The translations under genes and the position numbers were made by a program. The notes beneath the pieces were generated by a model. It had not been told where the DNA came from. It searched no databases and worked only from the letters and a program-made list of their open reading frames with translations. Below are positions 1 through 10,776 of a DNA stretch of 64,000 nucleotides, piece by piece (position 1 is the stretch's first letter; each line of letters opens with the position of its first letter). The stretch covers positions 186,001-250,000 of the forward strand of contig JAHDYR010000002.1 of assembly GCA_019828565.1 (NCBI GenBank), written 5' to 3'. Source of the DNA: Carpediemonas membranifera BICM (Eukaryota; Protista; Fornicata).

Positions 1-19
1 TGTCTTTTGTCCTCCGATC

Positions 20-914
20 ATGCACAACTCGCACCGCCTGCTCGAGCAAGTGGCACGGCTATGCGCCAGCTTCCCCGCTGATCGGAACGCAACTGCCGTA
101 GACAAGCGCAAGCTCCAGCGCATGTCATCCAACCGCAGTATTGACCGCACTGTCGGGTGCAACGAGCAGTCTGCTGCCAGAGTTCGCATGGCGAACACCA
201 CGAACGAGGATTACGAGGCTCTTCCTGAGTCCGTCCAAGATATTGTGCGACTCATTGGCTATCTCCAGGCTCTTTACTACTCAACCGAGCCTGTCACCGA
301 CAGCAAAGTCGCATTCCACTTCTTGGCCGCGTCCATGTGCCACCTGTTCCACGTCATGCTCAGTCTGCAGGCACACCAGACAAAGCTGGCGTTGCTCCCT
401 CCTGGGCAAGCAGACAAGGCGGAGAAGCCATGTGCCCAGACACTCTATGTCAACAGCAGGCTCACTGCCCAGCCTCTTCTTCACGATCATCTCCGCATTC
501 CTCTTTTTTTACCTCCTCGAGGAGTTCTTTGAGAGAGAGTTCATCAAGAACCAGGAGGTCCGAGCCGAGTTGCACAGGTCGGCCATGATCGAGAAGCTGT
601 GTTTGACCGAGCAGACCACCCTCATCTGCACGTTCTTAACGGGTATTCGCTCGTTCGGTCGCCAGGACTACTCAGTCCCCCCGCTGAACAGGCTTCGTCG
701 TGTCCGAGTCCACCAATGCTGCAGACAAGCTCGCTCATGGTTCGCCATTCGCAGCCACATGGAGGCAAGGCACCAATTCCATGCCACGGCGGCGGTGGTG
801 CGCCTCTTCCAGGAGCTCGTTGACGAGATGTGGCAGTACGTCAACGATTATACGGCTTTGGCATGGGACGAAGAGTCTGGGGGTGATGGTTTGCGAGTTG
901 GCAGACATGGGTGA
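20..914 (+). CDS. Hypothetical protein, probably 5'-truncated by the window; two overlapping ORFs (20-532, 141-914) suggest a frameshift or intron
   Basis: Consecutive long ORFs in different frames with protein-like composition; no recognised domain. Confidence 0.4.
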
Positions 915-1079
915 GGAGCTTGTTTGCTGCATTTGCGGTCATGCACGCGCTGAGTAGTGAGTAAAGGAGTTTTATTGGTCAGTACATCCCATTTGGTGTG
1001 TTTCCCCAACTACCAATTTTTTTTTTCAACATTGGTAGTTTCACAATTTTCACATTACGTCACTTGTTTGGTGAAAACA

Positions 1080-2005
1080 ATGGAAACGCCACTTCCGACA
1101 TGGCTGACGATGAATTTATCGCAACACAAGGCCTATATTCAATATGTCAAGCTTTCAGACAAGTCTGAGCTCTTGCCGTCTGTCAGGGCCTTCTTCAACA
1201 GAGATCTGGCGACTTCGAACCTCGACTGTCTGAACTACTCATTCGTCATGTATGTCAGACCCACTACACTTCTTGTTAACACAGTCTCATCGCAATTCGT
1301 GGGGTTGAGATGGACAACATCAAGGCTGCATGCCTTCTCTTCCGCGAGTCGTACAGGGAGGGGCAGACCCTGAGCGGACAACTGCACCAGGAGCGGTTTG
1401 TCATCGGCTTACGGACAGCCGTCTCCTGCAGAGGTCTTGGGTTCGCGAGGGTGCTTCTTAGCATAGCATCTGCCGAAGAACTCGTCCGACTGCAGTGCGA
1501 CAAGCGACTCCAGGACATGTATGCGTCCTTTGGCCTCAAGGAGTCATCGGACCCGTCGCAGGTCGAGCAGCTGGTGGACACGGGGGGCAACCCACTTGCC
1601 ATTGTCACGATGGAGGGCACGATGGGTCCCAACAAGTGGACCAACCTCGGCAAGAGCCTGACAGAGTGCTGTGGGATGATAATGCAAGGCTCTACGTTGA
1701 TCCGCGTGACCAACCATGGTAATAGACTTGATCAGCACGCTCATGGGATGCCTGCTTCCGACAAGAGGAGTGTTGACTCGTTCGTGGAACGCACCCGTGT
1801 GTCCGTGCGCCGTGAACGTGCGGCAAAACGGCCTAACGTCACCCGCATCAGGCAGAAGTTGATGATTATCCGCCATTACAACCTTCGTTCTTTCACGCTG
1901 GTCAAAGAGATCAAGGAAACGAGGACCGAGATGCGTAAGGAGAAGAAAGCCAACTTCTGGGACAGTGAATGGAATATTTCCGTTGAGGATGACGAAGAAG
2001 TGTAA
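1080..2005 (+). CDS. Hypothetical protein (~296 aa), two exons, intron 1250-1284
   Basis: ATG 1080; 35-nt GTATGT...ACAG intron joins ORF 957-1373 to ORF 1310-2005 in frame (FV-I-LIAIRGVEMD). Confidence 0.65.
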
Positions 2006-2029
2006 ATGAAATGAAAATAAAACAAGAAT

Positions 2030-2793
2030 TTATAGCTCCTGTGCCGAACACTCTAAGTAGTAATTCATGATGGCTTGGTATACCTTGCGACGCAGCACAT
2101 CACGCGATTCTGCCTCAGCACGTTCCGCATTCCGCTTGGCAATGACAGAAGTGAGCTGACTGAGTGTCTTAGCCTCCTTCTTCAGAACTCTGGTGGGTCT
2201 GGCGAAGATGAGATCCGCGTCGCGGTCACGGCAAGGCTTGCTCAGGACGAGCTTGACGTCATCGACCGTCACACCGCACGATGAAGCAGCGAAGGCATGG
2301 ACCTTAGCCCGGTAGGCGATGGGAATGCGGTGAAAGGCATCATCCATCTCGCGGACAGTCGCGATGAGTGGGTCGTCCGTGTCCAGCTCATCTGTCTGGG
2401 CGTCAAGACTGAGGAGAGCCTTGAAGCGGTGACACTTGTCCTCATCACCGCCTCCCTGCCACTTGCGGCTGATCTCTTCGACCGACTGGAGATTGCCGTA
2501 GAGCTTGTCCTTCTTCAAGGAGGCTACTTTCATTTTAGGGACCTCGGCGGCAAACTTCTGGCTGAAGTCGACAACCCATCCGTTTGCGCGGGTAATATCG
2601 TCATTATTAAGGAGGAAATTGCTGATAAAGGTCTGAACGATCTCGATGGGCGTCTTGTGAGCTTTTCGGGCTGTTTTCGTGGACTTGTTGGACTTGCTCT
2701 GGCTCTTTTTGCTGCGCTTTCTTGCCAAGAGCCATTCTCCTCTCCTTTTTGAGCTTCAGTGGCCTGTATATTGCCTTGTTTACTTCTTGCCAT
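2030..2793 (-). CDS. Hypothetical protein with basic N-terminus; 5' end uncertain (ATG 2793 is out of frame with the 232-aa ORF)
   Basis: ORF 2030-2728 plus upstream ATG ORF 2530-2793. Confidence 0.5.
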
Positions 2794-3119
2794 CGTTGTT
2801 TCCTTAAAATGCGTGTGAAAATGTGAAATGAACTGTGACTCTCGACATTGCTGCGCAGCTATGGTATTCCAACGGCACAGAACGGGTTTATAGCATGCAT
2901 ATGATCCATTCTGGTGCCTTTATCCTCTATAACCAACATCAGTCCATCAAAAATGAATCTTGCAACAGAATACTCATCCACACGCATCGAGAACGAAAAA
3001 GAAGCATATAACCAACATCAACAACCTAATAGAAGGCTGCATGCAAGCGTAGAGCTCTCCTAGTCAATTCTTCATTTTCACCACCATCGATCTCCACGTC
3101 AGGATGAAACCGTGCGCCC

Positions 3120-3170
3120 AAAAGCTCAGAGATGCCGTTATAGATGATATAACGACGTCTCTGAGCTTTT
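3120..3170. repeat. Near-perfect inverted repeat (hairpin, ~23-bp stem, 5-nt loop)
   Basis: AAAAGCTCAGAGA-TGCCGTTATA-gatga-TATAACGACG-TCTCTGAGCTTTT. Confidence 0.9.
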
Positions 3171-3210
3171 CAGCGATTTCAGTTTCTGGCCATGGATAAG
3201 CTACAAATCC

Positions 3211-3475
3211 TGTCAATGTTGTCCTCAGAGGACACTGAAAAATTTAATCTGTGTCCTCTGAGGACCAAATTGACAAAATCGAAAAATGGAGCGAGGAGAT
3301 GCCCATCGAAAAACGGCCAAAACAGCGCAGGTGCAGAATGAGCTGAAAATCGGCCAAGGGGTAGCTCTTGGGTCTTTATGGCTGATCGGAGGTATTTACA
3401 TGACAGCTGGCAATATTTATTGAGATAAAACGTATTTCATTTTTTCGAGAAAGTCTTCTGAGGACCAAATTGACA
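3211..3475. repeat. 25-bp inverted repeat (3211-3235 / 3251-3275) plus a third copy of the right arm at 3453-3475
   Basis: TGTCAATgttGTCCTCAGAGGACAC / GTGTCCTCTGAGGACcaaATTGACA; GTCTTCTGAGGACCAAATTGACA recurs 200 bp downstream, directly before ATG 3476. Confidence 0.9.
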
Positions 3476-5651
3476 ATGGTTAACGAAGACATCATCTATC
3501 TCGGCAAACTGAAGGAGACAATGCTTGCTCCTGACGATTCTGGTATGTCACTTTCATTTTCACGGTCCTATTTACACAGATGATTCATTCCGTGCATACG
3601 ACGCCCTTTCGTCCACAAAGAGCCGTATAACCTGGCTGCAAGATCACGGCATCGTCTCTGATGACCCTCTGTTCTTCGTTTGCGTCCGTCTGATCAGCAT
3701 TCGTACGATCAACGTTGTTTTCGGGTTCCCGTTGAAGCGCACTTTAAGCCAGCACGTTCACGACTATGGAGTTGCCAAACTACGCGCGATATGTGACGCA
3801 ACTAACCGCAACTACCTCTGCGAGGTCGACTTTGACTCTCCCGACACAATTGAGGCATTCCGACGGAAGTTTTGTGACCACTTCACCGCCAAATCTGTTC
3901 ATAAGGCTCTAGTCGGCGTCGACTCGCTCCCTGTTGAGAAGCAGGTTGAGATTTACCGCGCATTCCACCTTGTGTTGCGCCACAAGGACTCGAAGAAACT
4001 CGATTCTCGTGTTCCGGCAGGCCAATTTGGCCAGTTTATCGCCCACGCCCAGCTCAGCAAGAAGCTGTCCTTCGCTGGCTCAGAGAAGCTGGCCGAGGAG
4101 TTGGCTAAGATCGGTTCGCTCGATCCGTCAGCTCCTCTGAAGAGGAAGATCGCTCGTCTTGAGAAGGAGCTCGCCTCATCGACTGCTGCTCTGATGAAGG
4201 TCCAAGAGGAGTTAGTCCGGGCCCAGGACCACTCAGCAGCAGCCACCAAGCCTTCTGCCGTCGTTGCTGCCCCTCAGCCGCTTCCGGTTGTCGACGCAGA
4301 GTCCACGACACACGATGAATTTTCCGACACTGACGAGTCCGAGTCTGATGACCACTCTGAACCGGCCGCCATGCAGGGTGACGGCGTTCCTTTGCCCCAG
4401 ACTGATCAAGACATCGACGTAGAGTCTGATGTGGACGACACAGACACCGTTGATTCTCTCCTTCAGCAGCTAGACGACACCATTGCAGGCCTTGATGATG
4501 TCCCTGAGTCTGTGCGCTTGTTGGAGCAGTACGAGCCCTTGATAAAACGGCTTGCTGAGGAGAGGGAGGCGAGGGAGGCGCTTGAACAGGCTAACAGAGA
4601 GTCTGAGGAGTCCCAGAAGAGACTTGAAGCTGAGTTAGGTCAGCAGAAGGCCGAGGATCAGGCGATCCATCAGTTTACTCAAGCAGAGTTGGCACGCGCG
4701 AGTGAGGCTGGGCTTGAAGCGCTCGCCGATGAACTCGAGGACAACTGGGCTGAGCTTGTCAGGCGCGCCGAGGAGGCAACAGTGGAGCTTGACCGCTACG
4801 TTCCTCTCGCTGCCTTGATGGTACTGTTCCAGAGGAACAATGTGACTGGAGCCTTATGGACTCGGATCAATAGCACCATGATGAGGTACGGGGGCCAGAA
4901 GTTCATAACGGTCCCACCTCTCGACCTCGGTCTGTCGCCAGAGATGAAGGCTATCATCAAACAGCACTCTCCGACGCCTGCCAATGTTCCCCCTATGCAG
5001 ATATACTTACGGAGCGACGTTGATAGGCAGAAGTACATCGACGTGGAGTACGACAAGGTAGGCGAGCGAGTTCTCAAAGATCGTAAGAGTTGGCGGAAGA
5101 TTGCAGTCAACCCGGATGGATTGTGCATCGGCTACTGCCTGCAGAAGGTTGAGAATGGCGAGTTCGACAAGAAGTTTGCGGCAGAGGAAGTGGCAGCAGT
5201 GAGGGAGGAGGTGCGCGCCTGGGGATTCTCCGATGCTGGCGAGAGGCTGAGGCTTGAGACGTCTAACGTGTTCGTGCCCACCCTGATGTTCGACGATGCC
5301 ACTGATTGGTACAGCAACTTTGGTGTCATGGCCTGGTCAGCTCTGAAGAGCAAGACTGTAGTCGTTATCTGGGTCAAGATGTTGACGTACCATGACAAGT
5401 ATATTGTGCGGATGCATTTGACGGAAGTTTATGAGTCCGGCATGGTCCGGCGTGGATCTGATGAAGATGTGGCTGCGGCGCAAGCTATTGTGGTCGTCAA
5501 GGATGAGCATGCGACGCTATTTGTCCGCAAACGTTCAAAGGGTGGTAAGAGAAAGGCTCATACGACTTATATCAAGCGCAAGGCAGTCGATAAGGATCGC
5601 GAAAAGAGAGTTGTTGATGCCGAGGACGTTAAGCGTGGAGTTCCCGAGTAA
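3476..5651 (+). CDS. Coiled-coil/acidic protein with C-terminal OTU-like cysteine-protease motif; intron 3543-3579
   Basis: ATG 3476 and 37-nt GTATGT...ACAG intron restore the frame of the 708-aa ORF; 'VNPDGLCIGYCL' resembles the OTU DGxC motif and 'DEHATL' a candidate catalytic His. Confidence 0.6.
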
Positions 5652-5677
5652 AAAAAGAGATGTTTTGACATTTTCAT

Positions 5678-6567
5678 TCATTTCTTCCGCTTCTTGAGTG
5701 CCGGATACTGCTCCAGGAACCTTGTGAGATAGTTTGGATGAGAAATGGGCAGACTCGGGAACCTAGCAATGGTTAAGACCTCACCCGCATCAAAGAAGAT
5801 CTCGCCGTAACTGATACGAAGAAACTCTTCGGCCTGAATGACGTTCGTCGACTCAACCGCAAGGACTGGAAGGTCCTTGAGCAAACGGTTGGTGAACTGG
5901 CAGTTGGTGTCACTCTCACTGTGGTTGATGAGGTGTACACCAATGCCTTCACCTTCGCCGGCGTCGACGTGAATGTTGCTAGCGTCGAATGAAATGCTGT
6001 GTAAAGGCATAATGAACAATGAACAAACACCATGTTGCTGTTATTCGCGTGGTAGTCCTCGTCGGACACAATCCTACCGGCGTAAATGCCGAGGAGCTTT
6101 CCGGGCTCAATTGCGGCAGTTGCAATGAGGCCTCTACCCACGTCCGTGTGGTCGGGAGCCAGACAAGGCTGCACCTCAACGGCAATGGAGGGGTGGGTCA
6201 GCCGGGTGGATAACCAACTCGGGGGTTCGAGGGGAGGAAGGTCCTTCTCGGCCTCTTTAAGCTCCCTGATCGACTCCTCGGGAGTGTTTGGGTAGATCGC
6301 GGCGACCAGATCCGGATGCAGTGCCTGAGTATGCACAACGGATTCAATGATGGAATCTTCGCTTGAGGAATCCTCCTGAGAATCATTTGAAGGCGCAGAC
6401 GGCGGCGTCTTGCCCGCAGTGGACGTAATGGGTATTCTGATACCCCCCAGGCTGCGGCTTTGGTGGGAGCGCCTTTCTTCTCGCCATCTGATTTTTTTTG
6501 CAAACGGACACGCGGTATTTCTCGGGATTGATGGGGCCGTCTCACACCGTAAAGGACACACATACAA
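5678..6567 (-). CDS. SET-domain lysine methyltransferase-like protein; intron 5997-6028
   Basis: GRGLIA...IEPG..LGIYAG, LINHS..TNC and EFLRISYG SET motifs become contiguous after removing a 32-nt GTTTGT...ACAG intron; start uncertain. Confidence 0.8.
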
Positions 6568-6672
6568 TATCTTATCTGTAACACCAGAATGCTTGCTTAT
6601 TGTGGTCCATATCCTTCCCTATAGCTGGTTCGGCCAACTACCAGTGTTGGAAAAAAAAGTGGTAGTTGCCAA

Positions 6673-7698
6673 ATGGAGAGGAAATTTGGCAAATTCGGTA
6701 CCAGACGCATCAGCGACCATCCTCTCACGTATGAATGCGTCTGTGGAATCACTAGGCCGCGTTCTGACCTTCGCAACCAGGGCCTGAAGGAATATGACGG
6801 AATCAGGTACACGCATGACTGCCCCTTCACCCTGAGCAAGCTTGTGAACCGCCGCATCGTTATCCTGCTCGAGCCAGTCCATGGCTTCGAAGCACCTACT
6901 TGTGCGAACCCGGTCTTCACTGTCACCGGGCTTGCTGGCTCCGAGGGGTACCACAAGCGCATGAAGGCCATCCTCGATCTCGTCAGCGACGAGTGGCTCA
7001 CCACGGTTGCCGTCAGTTTCGTCTCGACGACCCACCTCGGCTCCATACTGCAACAGTTGGCTGCAGAATTCGCCAATTTCGAGACATTCTGGGTTGTTTC
7101 TGGCCACAGCGAGACCACAACGTCGAGAATGATCGTTAATGCGAGCGCTAACGAGTTCCTGTACCTTCACGATATCGTACAGATGATCCTCTTCGCTTTC
7201 CGTGAGCCATCCCTCGTCACCACCAGCCGGGTTCGGCTCATCTACTTCGCCACCTGTACCGGAGCGGACAATAGCGAGTTCTCTCTGCTTAAGCAGTCCA
7301 TTTCGACCCAGGCATACGAGCATACGTGCATCATTCTCACTCCGGAGAAAATGCTTGCCAACGAACTCGTCCTGCAGGACTGCTTTTGGCTCTACCGCAC
7401 TACATGCATGGACAACCCGCTCCACTTCGTCTCGCGTTACTTCTCCGGCTATGGGCTCGCACCTGGCACAGCAGGGAGACGGGTTATCGCGAATGGATCA
7501 ATGTCCATAACCCCGGGCGCGATTGAGATCCTCACAGCCACTCAGTTCCGCACGCCAATCCCTCTTCCCGAGATGGTCGACCTTGTTTCTGAGGTACTTG
7601 CATATAGACCACTGCAGAGATCTCCGGCGGATGTTATGGCCTCGCGCTACATTACTGAGATGACAGTTGCGCACAGAGCGGCACTGGAAGACACTTAA
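6673..7698 (+). CDS. Hypothetical protein, possible CHAT/caspase-fold peptidase
   Basis: 341-aa ORF; hydrophobic strand+SGHS and hydrophobic strand+ATC motifs, spaced like the CHAT His/Cys dyad. Confidence 0.45.
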   Translation: MERKFGKFGTRRISDHPLTYECVCGITRPRSDLRNQGLKEYDGIRYTHDCPFTLSKLVNRRIVILLEPVHGFEAPTCANPVFTVTGLAGSEGYHKRMKAILDLVSDEWLTTVAVSFVSTTHLGSILQQLAAEFANFETFWVVSGHSETTTSRMIVNASANEFLYLHDIVQMILFAFREPSLVTTSRVRLIYFATCTGADNSEFSLLKQSISTQAYEHTCIILTPEKMLANELVLQDCFWLYRTTCMDNPLHFVSRYFSGYGLAPGTAGRRVIANGSMSITPGAIEILTATQFRTPIPLPEMVDLVSEVLAYRPLQRSPADVMASRYITEMTVAHRAALEDT

Positions 7699-7722
7699 AG
7701 TTCAAAAATCTCCCTATTTAAC

Positions 7723-8943
7723 TTACTCAATTGGCTTCATATCCGCCACCTTCTGGTAGACAGTCATACACTGGTCGCAGAACCTGACACGATAGTCCTG
7801 GCCGTCGAGATGGAACTCAGCATAGCTGAAGTGTTTCTCTTCGCAGAACCAGTTTAGGCACGCCCGGCAGACGCCAGTGTCCTTTGTCGACTTGTCTCCG
7901 TCCTTGATACACGCGTGACATCTGTTAGACCTTCCTGCCAGACTGCAAGCTGCGCAAACCTTTCTGTTCTTACCATCAATCCTCTTCTCTCTGACACACT
8001 GAAGATGCATGAACTGATGGCAGAGATAGCACGTTTCATACTCGTTTCTTTTCATGTTTGGGTTGAAGTACCATTCAGGTGAGGCACAAACAGCGCATGC
8101 GAACAGTAACTTACGCTGATATAGCTTCAGAAACGTCGCTTGCTTGAGGGCGGGGACCTTATCGTTCATTTCAACGGCCTTGGGTGACTGCTTGAGGAGA
8201 TCAGTGACAGTTGTGGAGAGTGAAGCCGTCACCATCGCGGCAACCTCCTTCAAGTCAGCCTCTTCGAGCCTCGATCGCTTCTGAGCAGGCTCATGCATCT
8301 GCGCATCAAAATTAAGCTTCTTGACGGGGGAATCAGGCTTGATGGTAGCCAAGTCAGCTCTTTTTCTGAGCTTTGGTACCAATGTTGTCACTGGAGTCTT
8401 TGTGGGTGTCTCTGCGGGTGTTTCTGCTGGGGTACGTGGCTCAGGCTGGAGCTTGCGATGCTTGATCCTGATTACAACGGCTGGAGGCCATTGAATGCCG
8501 GTGCAAGTGATCAGACTGGAGACATCGTGGAGTCCAAGTCCCCGAAACAGCACAGACATCCTGTTTCTAAACTCCTGCAAGTGTTCAGCTGCATTTGCTC
8601 TGTCTCTGACAACCAGGTAGGGTATCTTTGTGCCAATGAGCTCTGTGCCACCCTTTCTACTTGCCACAAATGCCTGAATGGGCTCAGTAGTCGTGCGCCT
8701 GACGGAGTTTGCAATAGCAATCTTGCGAAAGCCGTTGCAGAGGCCCGATATCACATCCTGCATGCCAAGGAGAGCGCGATGAACGTCAGAGGTCGTCAGA
8801 CCGATAGTTGGGATGTCCGCGACGTCGAAAAAGCATTCCAGGAAGCTAGTCACGAACAGCCGGCGGTACTCTGTTCTCTTATCCGATCCGCAAGACGTGC
8901 CCTGCGAAATCTCAGCTTTCTTCGCAGTTTCACTGGTCGTCAT
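7723..8943 (-). CDS. PHD/RING-type Zn-finger protein
   Basis: C-terminal CAVC...CYLC..FMHLQC...CAAC followed by a second Cys cluster (CHAC, CRAC..FC..H, CDQC). Confidence 0.75.
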   Translation of the reverse strand: MTTSETAKKAEISQGTSCGSDKRTEYRRLFVTSFLECFFDVADIPTIGLTTSDVHRALLGMQDVISGLCNGFRKIAIANSVRRTTTEPIQAFVASRKGGTELIGTKIPYLVVRDRANAAEHLQEFRNRMSVLFRGLGLHDVSSLITCTGIQWPPAVVIRIKHRKLQPEPRTPAETPAETPTKTPVTTLVPKLRKRADLATIKPDSPVKKLNFDAQMHEPAQKRSRLEEADLKEVAAMVTASLSTTVTDLLKQSPKAVEMNDKVPALKQATFLKLYQRKLLFACAVCASPEWYFNPNMKRNEYETCYLCHQFMHLQCVREKRIDGKNRKVCAACSLAGRSNRCHACIKDGDKSTKDTGVCRACLNWFCEEKHFSYAEFHLDGQDYRVRFCDQCMTVYQKVADMKPIE

Positions 8944-9454
8944 ATTCTCATCTTAAACTGCGCAGGTGTTGACGACAATGTTACGGTTATCCACGAACGA
9001 AAGGCTTAATCATATGACCAGTTGCATCCATGAAGTCGGCAAGATACAAGATTCTGTTCGAGAAATACGAAATCACATCACTGGGCTGAATTGCGAGGGG
9101 TTGGTGAATGAGAGGCTGAATGACACACAACACGTTCTGGAAGAGATAGGAGATATGTTTATAGATGTAATACAGCAACTTAAAGACCACTAGCACGTTA
9201 TTATCACTTTGAATAAGCAATGAATGGTTATGCAACATCAGCACCTACCTACGAATCACAAGAATGCCCCTAGCACGTCGTATGCAAGCAAAAATGAGAC
9301 TTACCCGTACCTTCCGCACGTTTCTCTACGTTTCACAAACGTTGGTGAAACGTGTGAAATAGTGAAAAAGATACGGGTGAATCTCATTTTTTCTTGCAGT
9401 TTCTTGTGCAAAAGGGTGTTTATCCTCCGTATATCCCCGGATTAACTGGCCATT

Positions 9455-9904
9455 CTAACAGTATGTCATGTCGCCTCGTTGGCGGTCGTCGAGGGCAGGA
9501 TCGCCACCGGTCAGAAGGTCGGTGACGAACCTTGTGTTAGCGGTACTGAGAGCGCCTCTGGGGATGGGGCGCATCTTTTGTACCTTCACGAACCTGTCCT
9601 GCACGCTAAGAGCTCTCGAGCGACTGATATTGTTAACGACATTCTCAAATAGGTCAGAGATGTCGTTCATCAGGCCAGCGGCTCTGAGGCTTATCAGCGC
9701 TTTGTCGGTGAAGTTTCGTAGGGCATCAGCTGGCGGGTTGGAGAAGTACCGGCGCCTAGCGAGGAATATCTCAAGCTTGTCCGGTGAATAATCGTCACAC
9801 GGGGCCCATCCTTCGGGAAGCGGTGCTGCTTCGGATACTGGCCTGCTGTCGTTGGCATTCGTCTCGCCTTGCCCTCGCTGTGGTGAGTTTTCAATTCCAC
9901 TCAT
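9455..9904 (-). CDS. Hypothetical protein directly abutting the non-LTR element tail
   Basis: 149-aa ATG ORF; no domain recognised; true 5' end may have been disrupted. Confidence 0.35.
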   Translation of the reverse strand: MSGIENSPQRGQGETNANDSRPVSEAAPLPEGWAPCDDYSPDKLEIFLARRRYFSNPPADALRNFTDKALISLRAAGLMNDISDLFENVVNNISRSRALSVQDRFVKVQKMRPIPRGALSTANTRFVTDLLTGGDPALDDRQRGDMTYC

Positions 9905-10076
9905 TTATTTATATTTATTTATTATTATTTATTTATGTGGAGGATTCATGTAAAGGTGACTTAGGCTGTCGACCCCCCTGGGATGAACTCCAGAGGACTG
10001 AACAGGTTCAGTCTGACGGCCCACCTGTCGTACACCAGAAGGGTAGCGGACATGAGGGCGTCGGCGATGGTAAGAG

Positions 10077-10186
10077 TGTTGTAACGATGCGCTAATTTTT
10101 ATTTCGACACACTGGTGTCGTCTAGGACCAAGTAGGACCAAGACGACACCCATAAAATATATAAATATTAATACGGTATTGCGACA
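10077..10186 (-). repeat. Element A 3' LTR (110 bp)
   Basis: Same sequence as 32140-32249; contains TATATA, GGTGTCGTCT/AGACGACACC hairpin and AATAAA on the minus strand. Confidence 0.97.
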
Positions 10187-10203
10187 CTACCCCTCCCCCC
10201 ACC
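10187..10203 (-). promoter_or_regulatory. Polypurine tract of element A
   Basis: GGTGGGGGGAGGGGTAG immediately before the 3' LTR. Confidence 0.9.
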
Positions 10204-10243
10204 GAGAGTATTAAAGCCACTTTGCAAATTGTGTCAGAAACCC

Positions 10244-10309
10244 ATCCGATGGTCGAGGATCTTCCTTCAGGGTGGAACCGGGTTCGACCCCCGGAGTCAC
10301 CATATTTTT
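10244..10309 (+). other. Degenerate tRNA-like sequence in the 3' UTR of element A (antisense to the element)
   Basis: ATCC/GGAT D-like stem, perfect T-arm CCGGG-TTCGACC-CCCGG, then AGTCACCA and a T5 run; acceptor and anticodon arms do not fold. Confidence 0.5.
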
Positions 10310-10776
10310 CATTGAATGGGTCTTAACCTGCACGACCCAGCGATGAGTCGAAAAGAAGGAGGAGGCGAAGGACGGAAAAAAATGGAAAGGGTGTACTCGA
10401 TATGCCCTTGCAGCGGCCTACCTCCACCTCCTGTCTGAGGTCTGAGTACCTCGTGTGGTGGCCGAAACACGAGTCGATGGCGAAAGAGTGAACGGGGAAG
10501 ATGATCGCAACGAGAGCTGAACCCGAGGGAAATGGGGAGATATATAAAGGTGATTGTACTGCTGTAGCACTAGGTTCTCACGGGCATTGGTTCCCCCGCA
10601 ATGCGCAAAAATTTGGAATCAATCGACTATCGATTAACTGGGGAGGTTTGGACCGAAATTCCCCGCAAAAGAGGTGTAACAAGCATGTGTAGAGCGATAT
10701 TGGGCGGAAGAATTACTTCCTGGGGGGTAATTGAGCATAATTGGCTGCTCGCCGATTGAGTTGCCTAATACTGCGG

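Noticed and set aside
10244-10302. Functional tRNA gene
   Set aside because: The 5' acceptor strand does not pair and the anticodon arm lacks a 7-nt loop; kept only as tRNA-like
10430-10480. Possible hammerhead ribozyme (CTGA...GAAAC) in the element A 3' UTR
   Set aside because: No CTGANGA core and stems I-III cannot be built; only a simple CTCGTGT/ACACGAG hairpin
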